Origin: an uncultured archaeon
Lineage (GTDB): Archaea > Thermoplasmatota > Penumbrarchaeia > JASLWR01
Length of the DNA stretch: 64,000 bases
Reading direction: 5' to 3'
NCBI GenBank assembly: GCA_964430885.1
Contig: CAYSHM010000013.1
Coordinates: 14,955 to 78,954, forward strand
The position numbers and the translations under genes are program-made. Position 1 is the stretch's first letter, and each line of letters begins with the position of its first letter. Of this stretch, positions 49,418 to 59,093 are shown piece by piece. Under the pieces are notes generated by a model. It had not been told where the DNA came from, did no database searches, and was given only the letters and a program-made list of their open reading frames with translations.

Positions 49418-52400
49418 CTACTTTTTCAGCGAGGTCAACAGGGAAATGTGGACCTCGTCGCTTATGCTCAGTTCCCGCCTTTTGGCTGCCAGGAATTCCT
49501 CTTCTTCATTGCTTATTACACCATCGGCCAGGGCGAATATGAGAAGGTTTCTGTAGATGCCGAGGTTCGGGTCGCCAGCCCCCACATTTGACCGGGTCAT
49601 GACGGAATCCTGGATATTTATTCCTCCACCCGTTCCGGTTCCTGCTGCACCGCCGAAGTCCAGATTGGAGCGCTGGATTATGGAATCTTTTATCTCCACA
49701 TTGACCTGGGTCACGGGCTGAAGCTGTTTCCATCTGTTATTCAATATTTCAAGGACCTTGCCCGATATGTCAGCCAGAACAGTGATGAGATGCTCCCTTT
49801 TACTGCATGCTACGAAGACCTCAAGGGTCCTGTTGCTCTTCATAACCGAAACCCTAACGATGATCTTGTCTTGGGCCCCGGACCCGCCCCCATAGAACCA
49901 GACCGAATCCATATCCCTGGTCCTTGTCTCCCGTATCTTTGAAAGGTTGGTTTGGTCAACACCGTCTTTTGCCAGGGTTAGTACCTCTTTTATGGACAGC
50001 TTCGGTGCGATGTTGTATATCTTGGAATCCTGGTAAACGGCTTGGGTAGCGATAATGTCCTGCAGGGTCGCTATGTTCACTGTTTCCTGTGATATGAGCT
50101 TAGGAGGCTGGATCTCAATGGTCATCCGGTCAAGGGAGCTGGTGTTGTAGTTATATGACTGATCCATGTAGATCAGAGAAGCTCCCACGTGGGTTCTTGT
50201 ACAAACCATTGGATCAAAATACAGGTCCATCTGTTTCTTGCTGTTTTTCTCAATAAAACCCACCGACACCGATGATTCGGTGGTCGGCAGTTGTGGATTG
50301 GTATGGGACAGGTGCATCGCATGGGTGTCTATATGGAGTTTCAGTTCTGCGGAGTCAAGATCAAAGAATGTGTTGTTCCTAATAGTCATCTCAACCACCA
50401 GATAACCTCCCTGGTAGCTCTTCTCGGCCCTAAGCTCGATATCCTTGGCCATTGCGCCTCCTGTGCCGGTGCTGGGGCCGCCGGTGGCCGATACTCGATC
50501 AATACCCTGCGTTAGGGCCATGTCCGCCTTGTTGATCTTTTCCCTGACCCTGACCTGGAATGCGGTAAGGTTCTTGATAGCCTGTATGAAATTCCGGGAT
50601 TTGGCAACGGAAATCAGGTGTTCAAGATTCCTTGATATTTCCATGAGCTGGCTCCTGGCCTCGAAGATCCTTTCCTCCTGAAGCTGCTGTACTGCTTCTC
50701 CGAAGGCCTTTTCAGCATCGGAATAACCATCTTGAACATTCTGTTTGTCAACTTCCATTTCCGCAGATATCATGTTATCCCTGATGCTGGCAAGCAGCCC
50801 TTCTATAGTATTCTGCAGACCTGCATCGCCTTCATATTTGGCCTTTTGGCCAGCCTGTTCAAGGTTCTGCTGTGCGGTCTGGTACGTCCTTAGAGCCTGC
50901 TCGAACTCCCGTCTGTTGAAGAGATCGTTCCCTTTCATTGCCGAGTTCCTGCCGTTATCGAAAAGAAGCTGGGTGCTGTTGTATGATGCATTGGCGGCTG
51001 GTTGTTTGTTGTAGCGTGTTGCGGTTTGCTTCTTCTTCTTTGACCTTACAATGGCACCTATGACATTGGCGAATATGATGAAGAACACAACGCCCCCTAT
51101 GATGCAGAAGGTAAGATATTCCTCTGTAAAACTCCAGAAACCGCCTTCATAATCGAACTTTGGAATTTTGGAATCTCCCTGGTTCCATTTAACTGTATCT
51201 CCGCCGTGTACCGCCTTGATGCTGGTACCGTAGGGCAGCTCCGTCAGCCGTTCCCCGTCCTGTATCACTGTAAAATAAGCATACCCTTCGTAATCCGTCT
51301 TGTTCTCGTAATAGACACCGTCAATTGTGAAGCTTACCTTGGCGCCTTCAACGTTGACGCCCCACCAATCATCCTCGTAATCCTCTTCCTTTATAGGTCC
51401 GATCTTTACTTGGTCATCGGAGAAATCTGGAAGGTAATAGGTATCACCGTTCCATTCTATTCTCTCGGCACCTATTGAAGCAGTGACGGTCACATCGCTT
51501 GGCAATTCACCCACAGGCAGTACGAAATGGGTAATACCGTCATTATCGGTTGTATTCTCATAATATGTTCCTTTATAGGTGAAAAATACCTTGGCCCCGC
51601 TCATGGGTATGTCATCATAGGAAGCAACGTCCCTTTCTATTGGACCGAATTCCACCATATAGGATGCCTCCTGGAGTTCAGCGGTCCAAATGGACAGGTC
51701 AGGTGATGTCATCCCTTCCTTGGCAGAATAGATCAATTTTATGTCATTATTGGGAATACTGTCCCTGCCAGGGTAGAATCTGATGTAGTATCCTTCAATA
51801 TTATCCGATATCTCATACCCGTTCTCATCAATGGTATCTGCAGTCAGCTCCCAGGTTTCTCCGGTATCTATGTTGGCTACCGCAGCTTCCGCTGAATAAT
51901 CTCCCTTCCTGTAGAGAATGTAATTTCCGTCAGAGGTGAATATGGGTTCGGTTTCATCCTCGTTCTGGTCCATAAGAAGACGTTCCCAACCCTGGCCGTT
52001 GGATCCAATGAGATGAATGTCCTTGTCATACTGAGTTTCTTCCGCCACAAAGGCTATCTTTGTATTATCGTGTGAGAAGCTGGGCCAGTACTCATTCCAG
52101 TTGCGGTCTGTAATCTGATCGAAATCAATTCCGTCAATATCACACATCCATATGTCCAGGTCTTCGGTTGTGTTGTCCATGTCCGAAGCGAAAACGATCC
52201 ATTTTCCATCATTTGAGATGCTTGGATTGGTCTGTTTAAAATCGTCATCGGTTATGTTCTTTAGGTTGGAACCTCCGAAAGACATGGTGAATATTTCAAA
52301 AACCGGGTCATAATAATCATCATCATAGGCCTGGAACACTATCTTCTCGCCCTTGCTGTCCGAGGTGGGGAACACTTCATGGATATCATTATCCGTCAGC

Positions 52401-52681
52401 TGGACATGGTTCTTGCCGCCCATGTCCATTTTCCAGATGTCATAGTATGATCCGCCATCTTCTGTTGAGGAGTAAAGTATGGTCTGTTTGGCTGATACAA
52501 TAAATGGGCATTCCATGTTGTACTTGAGGGCCGATATCTCCTTTTTATCCCAAACATATCCGCCATTCACTGGTATTGATATTATAGATAAGATAAAAAT
52601 GCCCAGAAATACCGCGAAAACAGCTGCTCCTCTGCCCCGATATCTGTTCATTGTGTGTCTCTTTAAAGAAATGCCTGACAT
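49418..52681 (-). CDS. Single-pass receptor-like protein: TolB/PD40 beta-propeller, Ig-like repeats, TM, helical region, appendage-like sandwich+platform domain, TerB-like tail
   Basis: P.(F/I)S.DG..IVF repeats; TM FCIIGGVVFFIIFANVIGAIV; C-terminal ALADGVISNEEEEFL...R..L.IS...H. Confidence 0.75.
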   Translation of the reverse strand: MSGISLKRHTMNRYRGRGAAVFAVFLGIFILSIISIPVNGGYVWDKKEISALKYNMECPFIVSAKQTILYSSTEDGGSYYDIWKMDMGGKNHVQLTDNDIHEVFPTSDSKGEKIVFQAYDDDYYDPVFEIFTMSFGGSNLKNITDDDFKQTNPSISNDGKWIVFASDMDNTTEDLDIWMCDIDGIDFDQITDRNWNEYWPSFSHDNTKIAFVAEETQYDKDIHLIGSNGQGWERLLMDQNEDETEPIFTSDGNYILYRKGDYSAEAAVANIDTGETWELTADTIDENGYEISDNIEGYYIRFYPGRDSIPNNDIKLIYSAKEGMTSPDLSIWTAELQEASYMVEFGPIERDVASYDDIPMSGAKVFFTYKGTYYENTTDNDGITHFVLPVGELPSDVTVTASIGAERIEWNGDTYYLPDFSDDQVKIGPIKEEDYEDDWWGVNVEGAKVSFTIDGVYYENKTDYEGYAYFTVIQDGERLTELPYGTSIKAVHGGDTVKWNQGDSKIPKFDYEGGFWSFTEEYLTFCIIGGVVFFIIFANVIGAIVRSKKKKQTATRYNKQPAANASYNSTQLLFDNGRNSAMKGNDLFNRREFEQALRTYQTAQQNLEQAGQKAKYEGDAGLQNTIEGLLASIRDNMISAEMEVDKQNVQDGYSDAEKAFGEAVQQLQEERIFEARSQLMEISRNLEHLISVAKSRNFIQAIKNLTAFQVRVREKINKADMALTQGIDRVSATGGPSTGTGGAMAKDIELRAEKSYQGGYLVVEMTIRNNTFFDLDSAELKLHIDTHAMHLSHTNPQLPTTESSVSVGFIEKNSKKQMDLYFDPMVCTRTHVGASLIYMDQSYNYNTSSLDRMTIEIQPPKLISQETVNIATLQDIIATQAVYQDSKIYNIAPKLSIKEVLTLAKDGVDQTNLSKIRETRTRDMDSVWFYGGGSGAQDKIIVRVSVMKSNRTLEVFVACSKREHLITVLADISGKVLEILNNRWKQLQPVTQVNVEIKDSIIQRSNLDFGGAAGTGTGGGINIQDSVMTRSNVGAGDPNLGIYRNLLIFALADGVISNEEEEFLAAKRRELSISDEVHISLLTSLKK

Positions 52682-52810
52682 GTGAATACCTCTGCGGTAA
52701 GGATGGTATTATAGGAATGGTAATTAAAATATTCCTCGAAGTTCAATCTAATTTATCCTAATAAATACTTCTGTTTTATTAATCTAACCACCTTTACTTT
52801 CATTCACCCT

Positions 52811-53956
52811 ATGATATATAATATGGTTATCAGTGAATTATTGATGCTTATGGACCCTCACGAAGGACCAGCCGAGAAAAAAGAAAGCTCAGGAAGGAGC
52901 ATCATACATATCGATATGGATGCGTTCTTTGCACAGGTAGAGCAAAACGACAATCCCGAGCTCAGCGGAAAACCCGTGATCGTAGGCGGAGATCCCAGGG
53001 GTAGAGGAGTGGTTTCTACTTGTTCTTACGAAGCCAGGAAATATGGTATACACTCCGCCATGTCTGCCAGTAAAGCCCTTATGCTGTGTCCGGAAGCCGT
53101 TTTTATCAGGCCCCGATTTGATCGATACCGGGAACTCTCAGCAATGATCATGTCAGTTATGATGGAGTACACAGACTTAATAGAGGTCGCTTCCCTGGAT
53201 GAGGCTTATATGGATATCACCGAAAACAAGGATAAATATCCCGTTCAAATAGCTCTTGAAGTGAAGAAGAAAATCCTAGGACGGACCGGTTTGACCTCAT
53301 CGGCAGGGGTTTCTTATAATAAGCTCCTGGCCAAGATAGCATCGGATATGGATAAACCCAACGGGATATTTATTGTTGACAGAGTTTCAGTGGAGGAGTT
53401 CATGGCCGATCTGCCGGTGACAAAAATTCCAGGAATCGGGAAAAAGACCGCCCTGCGGCTGGGTGATATGGGGATAGTCAAATGCTCGGACATCACTGCA
53501 CTCGGTCTCCATGAGATGAGACGGAAATTCGGCAAGATGGGGATATATTTTTTCAACTGCTCACATGGTCATGATACCCGCCCCGTTAGAACTACCAGAA
53601 AAAGGAAATCCATTGGAAAAGAGAGAACTTTACCTGAAGATATCAATGACCTGGAGAAGATAATGGAGCTTCTGGATGAAATATCAAATAGGGTGGAGCA
53701 GTCCATGATTAAGAAGAACATTTACGGCCGAACCATAACCCTCAAGGTTAAGTATTCTGATTTCACCCAGATCACCCGAAGCCTATCCACTGATACACCG
53801 ATAAAAGAGGGGAAAATGATGCTTAAGCTCGTCAAAAAGCTATTGAAAAGGACAGAAGCTGGCCGGAGGGATATCAGGCTACTCGGTATATCGGTATCGG
53901 ACCTTGGGAATACAGGTAAGGAGAAACAGAGCTCACTGGCTTTTTTCCGCACTTAA
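52811..53956 (+). CDS. dinB: DNA polymerase IV (Y family)
   Basis: IIHIDMDAFFAQVE, CSYEARKYGI.SAM, SLDEAY.D, KLLAKIASD.DKPNG, RKSIG.E.T. True start probably ~52844-52850. Confidence 0.95.
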   Translation: MIYNMVISELLMLMDPHEGPAEKKESSGRSIIHIDMDAFFAQVEQNDNPELSGKPVIVGGDPRGRGVVSTCSYEARKYGIHSAMSASKALMLCPEAVFIRPRFDRYRELSAMIMSVMMEYTDLIEVASLDEAYMDITENKDKYPVQIALEVKKKILGRTGLTSSAGVSYNKLLAKIASDMDKPNGIFIVDRVSVEEFMADLPVTKIPGIGKKTALRLGDMGIVKCSDITALGLHEMRRKFGKMGIYFFNCSHGHDTRPVRTTRKRKSIGKERTLPEDINDLEKIMELLDEISNRVEQSMIKKNIYGRTITLKVKYSDFTQITRSLSTDTPIKEGKMMLKLVKKLLKRTEAGRRDIRLLGISVSDLGNTGKEKQSSLAFFRT

Positions 53957-54065
53957 TTGGGAAATTTAATTTTTCGTATGTGATAAGAAAAATGTAATAA
54001 ATTTGTTATTTGATAATCCAATATGTTAAATAAATCATTTTATATGTTAACATGGAGGTGTATGA

Positions 54066-54251
54066 ATGCCGATAGTGGAATTGAAGACATTAGGAAAACT
54101 CACACATGACCAGAAAGCCGAGATAACCGAGCGGTTCACAAGGACCCTTAAGGAAGTAGCGGGTAAACCCCCTGAATATGTATATGTAGTGATACATGAG
54201 ATAGAGAGGGTGAACTGGGGGCACAGAGGCATATTGTTCTCTGATGTCTGA
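54066..54251 (+). CDS. 4-oxalocrotonate tautomerase family protein
   Basis: Pro after the initiator Met (MPIVE), PEYVYVVI.E....NWG..G; GGAGG RBS. Confidence 0.88.
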   Translation: MPIVELKTLGKLTHDQKAEITERFTRTLKEVAGKPPEYVYVVIHEIERVNWGHRGILFSDV

Positions 54252-54270
54252 TTGACGGGTTAAGGGACCG

Positions 54271-55116
54271 CTATTTTTCTCCTGCACACCAGGCCCAATA
54301 CTGATAATATTTTTCAACCCCCGCCTGCCTGTAATAGTTGAAAAGGGATTCCAGCATAGGTAATCTCTTTTGGTATGATAATTTTGGCCAAAGTGCAGCA
54401 GATTGCGCTGGAATAGAATAAAATGCCATTGCTGCCTCAAGAGGCAATTCAATTGCCGCCACTCCAGTTCGGATATTCCTAAAGTCCAGGGACCCAAGTA
54501 TAATTGGAAGTTCATCAGTATTGAATATTGACCTGCCGTATGGAGCGAAGGATTTTTTTTCAAGTTTTGCCCGCTGGAAGAGATTGATTGGTGGAATTTC
54601 ATAATTCGAGTTATTATCATCAATTTTATTGTCATATATTCCTATTAAATAATTCATTGCCACAACGCCGCTAGATTTTAAAACTGAATATGCACTCCTG
54701 AGAGCTTTATACGGGTCTGGGATCAGAAATATGCTCGCATTATACATAACGCAGTCAAGCTTGGAAGATATATTTTCGTCCAGCTGGGCTGCATCACACA
54801 ATACGAAATCAATGGTTGGTTTTTCATTTTTCTTCATTTTTTTTTCGGCAGCCCGGAGCATTTTCAATGAAAAATCTACTCCGATCACCTTTCCCTTTGA
54901 ACCCACTAATTGTCGGATCGAATAACTTGAACTGCCGGTACCGCAGCCGATATCGCATACAGCCATACCCGATTTGAGGTTGCAGTTCTCGGCCAATTTC
55001 AGGGTGAGATTTTCAAATAATTTATATTCTGCTTCAAACTGATCATATAATTCAGCTGATTTGTCGAAATTGCGACGGACTATATTTTTTATAATCTCAG
55101 GATCGGCTATGGCCAT
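54271..55116 (-). CDS. Class I SAM-dependent methyltransferase
   Basis: VCDIGCGTG, GVDFS..ML, CDA motifs. Confidence 0.85.
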   Translation of the reverse strand: MAIADPEIIKNIVRRNFDKSAELYDQFEAEYKLFENLTLKLAENCNLKSGMAVCDIGCGTGSSSYSIRQLVGSKGKVIGVDFSLKMLRAAEKKMKKNEKPTIDFVLCDAAQLDENISSKLDCVMYNASIFLIPDPYKALRSAYSVLKSSGVVAMNYLIGIYDNKIDDNNSNYEIPPINLFQRAKLEKKSFAPYGRSIFNTDELPIILGSLDFRNIRTGVAAIELPLEAAMAFYSIPAQSAALWPKLSYQKRLPMLESLFNYYRQAGVEKYYQYWAWCAGEK

Positions 55117-55155
55117 AAAACAACAGACTCCCCGCTATCTGGTGCTTCTGAGCAC

Positions 55156-56598
55156 CTAATATGTCCTTGCATAGGTGACGTATTTTGTGGCCGGAGCGCC
55201 ACACTGTCCGCACTTGCCCTGGAAATCCTTACTGAGATCTATTCCAAGCATGCTCATGTCAAGTGTAAGCTCCATCTCGGTTGAGCATTCCTCGCTGCCG
55301 CACCATCCCACGTTTATTAGACCTTTGTTCACATCATGGGCCTCATCGGCAAAAGTCACATTATAGGTCAGGTCTTCAACTATGGCAGTGGCCTTCTTGA
55401 GCATCTGCTCTTTGATAACCGTAATTTCACGGGGAATTGTTTGAGAAAGTTCATCCATCTTGACAAAGCTTTTCTTCCCGTCAGTCCGTCGGGCCAGAAC
55501 CACCTGCTGCTTATCAATGTCCCTGGGGCCGATCTCTATACGCAGGGGTACGCCTTTAAGTTCCCAGTTGTAGAATTTACTACCGGGTCTGGCATCAGTA
55601 TCATCCAGCACAACTCTGTAACCCATATCTTTCAGATCAATCTTGAGCTTGTTAGCATTTTCCAGAACATCATCCTTCCTCTTCTTGGTGAGTATGGGAA
55701 CAATGACTATCTGATGGGGCGCTACATCCGGCGGCAGTACCAGTCCCTTATTGTCTCCGTGGATCCCCACAACCGCACCTACAAGCCTCTCGCTCATACC
55801 GTAGGTTGTCTGGTGAACATGTTTATGCTCGCCGTCAGCGTTCTCGTACTGTATCTCATATGGAACCGAGAAATTCGTCTTGTACTGATGGACCGAACCC
55901 AGCTGCAGTGTTCTTCCGGTGGGCATTATGCAGTCGATGCCGATGGTATAGAATGCCCCTGCGAACTTGTCCCAGTCCGGTCTCTGCCTGCAGAGGTATG
56001 GTATGCAGAGCTTGTCTGCCAGTTTCTTCATTATCTCCATGTCCTCGGCTATTTGTCTCTCTGCATCCTCGAAATCGGCATGGCAGGTATGCGCCTCGAA
56101 GAAATGTATCTCTCTGACCCTGATGAAGCTTCTGGTCTGTTTCGTCTCGTACCTGAAGGTATTGACCAGCTGATAGGTCTTAAGGGGCAGGTCCGTGTGA
56201 GAACGCACCCAGAGGGCGAACATGGGATACATGGCGGTCTCGGATGTGGGTCGAAGAAGCAGAGGAATATCGAGTTCGTTCAATCCGGCCTTTGTTACCC
56301 AGAAAACCTGTGCGTCAAAACCCTCTATATGATCAGCTTCCTTCTGGAACTCTGTCTTGGGTATAAGGAGCGGGAAGCAGACCTCGCCGTGCTCTGTATC
56401 GTCCAGTTCCTTTCTTATCTGCTTGTCGATTAGAAGCATGATCTTCCATCCATAGGGGGTCCAGACATTCATACCCTTAACAGGATACCTCTTATCCGAA
56501 AGTCCCGCGAACTTGATCACATCGTTGTACCAATTGCTGAAATCTTCCTTGTCGAGATTGATTTCCATCTTATCAGCAAGATTCTCCTCCTTCACCAT
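55156..56598 (-). CDS. proS: Proline--tRNA ligase (archaeal/eukaryotic type)
   Basis: LRPTSET.MY, FRYETKQTR.FIR.RE, YGMSER, GVPLRIEIGPRD, C-terminal Zn motif and terminal ARTY. Confidence 0.96.
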   Translation of the reverse strand: MVKEENLADKMEINLDKEDFSNWYNDVIKFAGLSDKRYPVKGMNVWTPYGWKIMLLIDKQIRKELDDTEHGEVCFPLLIPKTEFQKEADHIEGFDAQVFWVTKAGLNELDIPLLLRPTSETAMYPMFALWVRSHTDLPLKTYQLVNTFRYETKQTRSFIRVREIHFFEAHTCHADFEDAERQIAEDMEIMKKLADKLCIPYLCRQRPDWDKFAGAFYTIGIDCIMPTGRTLQLGSVHQYKTNFSVPYEIQYENADGEHKHVHQTTYGMSERLVGAVVGIHGDNKGLVLPPDVAPHQIVIVPILTKKRKDDVLENANKLKIDLKDMGYRVVLDDTDARPGSKFYNWELKGVPLRIEIGPRDIDKQQVVLARRTDGKKSFVKMDELSQTIPREITVIKEQMLKKATAIVEDLTYNVTFADEAHDVNKGLINVGWCGSEECSTEMELTLDMSMLGIDLSKDFQGKCGQCGAPATKYVTYARTY

Positions 56599-56835
56599 GT
56601 TTTCACCCTTATACAATATTTGATATTCATATTCAATTATCATCACTGGTCCCAAGTTGGGGCCTAACCGGCTTTGAAAGGTAAATCTAATATTATAATA
56701 TTTGCGCCTGTTTTCATAGCATCAAGGGTTACAATAATTTCTTCAGGTCATTCGAATGACAATAATACCTGAATACATTAAGAGAAAATCCATAGAAGAA
56801 AGACTTATGGAATAGAAAATTATTTAGAAGAAATA

Positions 56836-56911
56836 TGGTGCCGTCGGCGTGACTTGAACACGCGGCCTTCGGATCTTCAGTCCGACGCTCTCCCAACTGA
56901 GCTACGACGGC
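56836..56911 (-). tRNA. tRNA-Phe (GAA), CCA encoded, no intron
   Basis: GCCGTCGTAGCTCAGTTGGGAGAGCGTCGGACTGAAGATCCGAAGGCCGCGTGTTCAAGTCACGCCGACGGCACCA folds as a cloverleaf; anticodon loop CTGAAGA. Confidence 0.97.
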
Positions 56912-57093
56912 ATAGTTCTTATCCTTATACAACCCTTTAGAATAAGGTATCGTCATTAGGATAATTCCAACCTCCAGTAATAATTCTTATTATTAATAGA
57001 TTTACCAAAAATTATCCCCTAAATCACATATTTTATTATTAGTCGAGGCAAGAGCAAGTAAACATTAATAGAAATAATTTGTTACCACGGAAC

Positions 57094-57477
57094 ATGCCTG
57101 TGGTCAGTGTTTCCCTTACAGATAAGAACGTAGAGGTTCTGGAAGAGCTCATGGAGGAGTTCGGACTGGGCGGCCGGAGCGAGGCAATCAGGGTATGTCT
57201 GCGTTCTGCTGGTTCCGAACTCAAGGAAAGGGAAGCATTGACGGGTACTGTGGAAGGAGTGCTGATAGTCGTTCACGACTCCCATTCATCACCAAAGTTA
57301 GATGAGGCCAGGCACGATTACCAGTCCCTTATTACCACCCAGATACATTCACATTTGAAGAACAACAAGTGTCTTGAGGTATTCATAATTCACGGTGATG
57401 CCGATAAGGTCAAGGATATGCTCAGGATATTTCAGGGAAATGACCGTCTGGATTATGTGAAATTCGTCCAATCCTGA
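57094..57477 (+). CDS. NikR/CopG family metal-responsive regulator
   Basis: N-terminal RHH (VVSVSL...RSEAIR) and ACT-like domain with HSHL....CLEVF. Confidence 0.85.
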   Translation: MPVVSVSLTDKNVEVLEELMEEFGLGGRSEAIRVCLRSAGSELKEREALTGTVEGVLIVVHDSHSSPKLDEARHDYQSLITTQIHSHLKNNKCLEVFIIHGDADKVKDMLRIFQGNDRLDYVKFVQS

Positions 57478-57481
57478 TTTT

Positions 57482-58126
57482 TTACATACCCTCGATTATT
57501 TTCCCTATTTCTCCAAGGTCATTCACTATATAGTCCGCTTCGACACCGATACCAATTACTTTTATGCCTGCTGAATGCCCAGCACCCACATCGCTCCTTG
57601 TGTCCCCTATTAAAATTGTCTCATTGGGGCGCCTCCCCAGTTTTTTCATGGCAAGGAATATCATTTCAGGATGGGGTTTCGGCTTATGGACATGATCCCG
57701 GGTGAGAACCGCAGAAAAATGACTTAGAAGTTGGAAATGCTCCAGAACGGCTTTGGTGCAGATTTCTGGGGTGTTTGTGACAAGACCTAGCTTATAGTTC
57801 TCAAGGGATGATAGGATAATTTCGGCCTTGGGATGTACAATTACCTCATCCATATGAAATGTGAACCTTCTGCAGCAGTAGTTTCCGGCTTCCCGGGGCA
57901 TTCCCAGGAGCTTTATATTAAGGAATAATTCCAAACCCCACTGCTCTTCCAGAAATCGTTTTTCATCCTGAGGATCGTTCCCGTATTCTATAAGAGTATC
58001 GTTCATGGCCAGATGCCAGGCATGAAATGAATTTATCAGCACACCGTCCATATCGAAAAGAACAGTTGATAGATCAACTTTTTCAATCTCATTATCTGGA
58101 CTGTTTCTTTCATTGCTGAAATCCAT
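57482..58126 (-). CDS. HAD family hydrolase (phosphoglycolate phosphatase-like)
   Basis: FDMDGVL, VTN, KPKPHP, IGDTRSD..AG. Confidence 0.9.
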   Translation of the reverse strand: MDFSNERNSPDNEIEKVDLSTVLFDMDGVLINSFHAWHLAMNDTLIEYGNDPQDEKRFLEEQWGLELFLNIKLLGMPREAGNYCCRRFTFHMDEVIVHPKAEIILSSLENYKLGLVTNTPEICTKAVLEHFQLLSHFSAVLTRDHVHKPKPHPEMIFLAMKKLGRRPNETILIGDTRSDVGAGHSAGIKVIGIGVEADYIVNDLGEIGKIIEGM

Positions 58127-58219
58127 GGTTGGCTCACACCTTAAATATTGTTATCTGTTATGTTATCTTTATGATGTGGATAATGAAAGAACAATACTTC
58201 TTCAGATATTTCACTTGAT

Positions 58220-58996
58220 TTATGATTTAAGCAGCTCTATTGCAAGATGTCCTGCTTTTTTACCTGACATAAGCATTCCGCCAAAGGTCGGACCCATTCT
58301 TGGAAGTCCGAAAGCCGTTGACACGGCCATTCCGGTTACCATTAGACCAGGATGTATCTCACCTGTATTGTTCACCACTTCTTCCTCGGCCTTATCCACC
58401 CACATGCAGCCCATTCCGGGAACTTCCAGATATCCTCTACTTTCAAGGGCCCTAACAACCTTGGCATCGTGGCCAGTTGCATCGATCACTATATCGGCTT
58501 CCAGAGCAATTGGATCTACACATGTGATCTGCCTGGGTAATGCTGAAACCGGGGTCCAGTTCACAACAACACCGCTTACCTTTCCATTCTCCCTAATAAC
58601 AACATCTCGAAATTCAGTCATGTTCATGATCCAAACCCCTGCGTCGCAGGCCGAAGCAATAAGCTTGGAACATGCATGAGGTCCGTGGGCTAGAAATAAT
58701 CCGTCGATGTGTTCCTTCAGCGGAACACCTATTTCTCTCAGTATCTCATCTCCCGGAGCTCTGACCGTCAATGGATTCATCAGGTATCCCCCCAGCCAAA
58801 ATCCACCGCCGAGATAATTATTGCTCTCGATTATAACCGTTCTCGCACCTTTTTTTGATGCCTCTCTTGCCGCAACTAGTCCGCTGGGCCCACCGCCGAT
58901 CACAATAATATCCGGATTGATGTTTTCCATCATTCTTTCACAGTACTCCTCCACAATAGCCTGGGTCACATTTTTTTCTGATGCTTTGCTGAACAT
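58220..58996 (-). CDS. thi4: Thiazole synthase (Thi4), Cys-type
   Basis: GGGPSGL, LGGGFWLGG, TCVDP, DATGHDA, PRMGPTFGGMLMSG. Confidence 0.93.
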   Translation of the reverse strand: MFSKASEKNVTQAIVEEYCERMMENINPDIIVIGGGPSGLVAAREASKKGARTVIIESNNYLGGGFWLGGYLMNPLTVRAPGDEILREIGVPLKEHIDGLFLAHGPHACSKLIASACDAGVWIMNMTEFRDVVIRENGKVSGVVVNWTPVSALPRQITCVDPIALEADIVIDATGHDAKVVRALESRGYLEVPGMGCMWVDKAEEEVVNNTGEIHPGLMVTGMAVSTAFGLPRMGPTFGGMLMSGKKAGHLAIELLKS

Positions 58997-59093
58997 ATCA
59001 CTTCACCTACTTAACAATCGTTAAGTTTAAATATTCTTCAATATATAACCTTTTCGACATTTATGTTGGAAAAATAAGTCCTTGGAGAATAAT

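Noticed and set aside
55336-56433. 365-aa plus-strand ORF, and similar long antisense ORFs such as 8815-9792 and 5217-5834
   Set aside because: They lie opposite proS, psmA/SBDS and argS; typical codon-bias shadows.
56700-57090. tRNA-Phe as an integration site
   Set aside because: No integrase and no duplicated tRNA 3' end were seen in the window.
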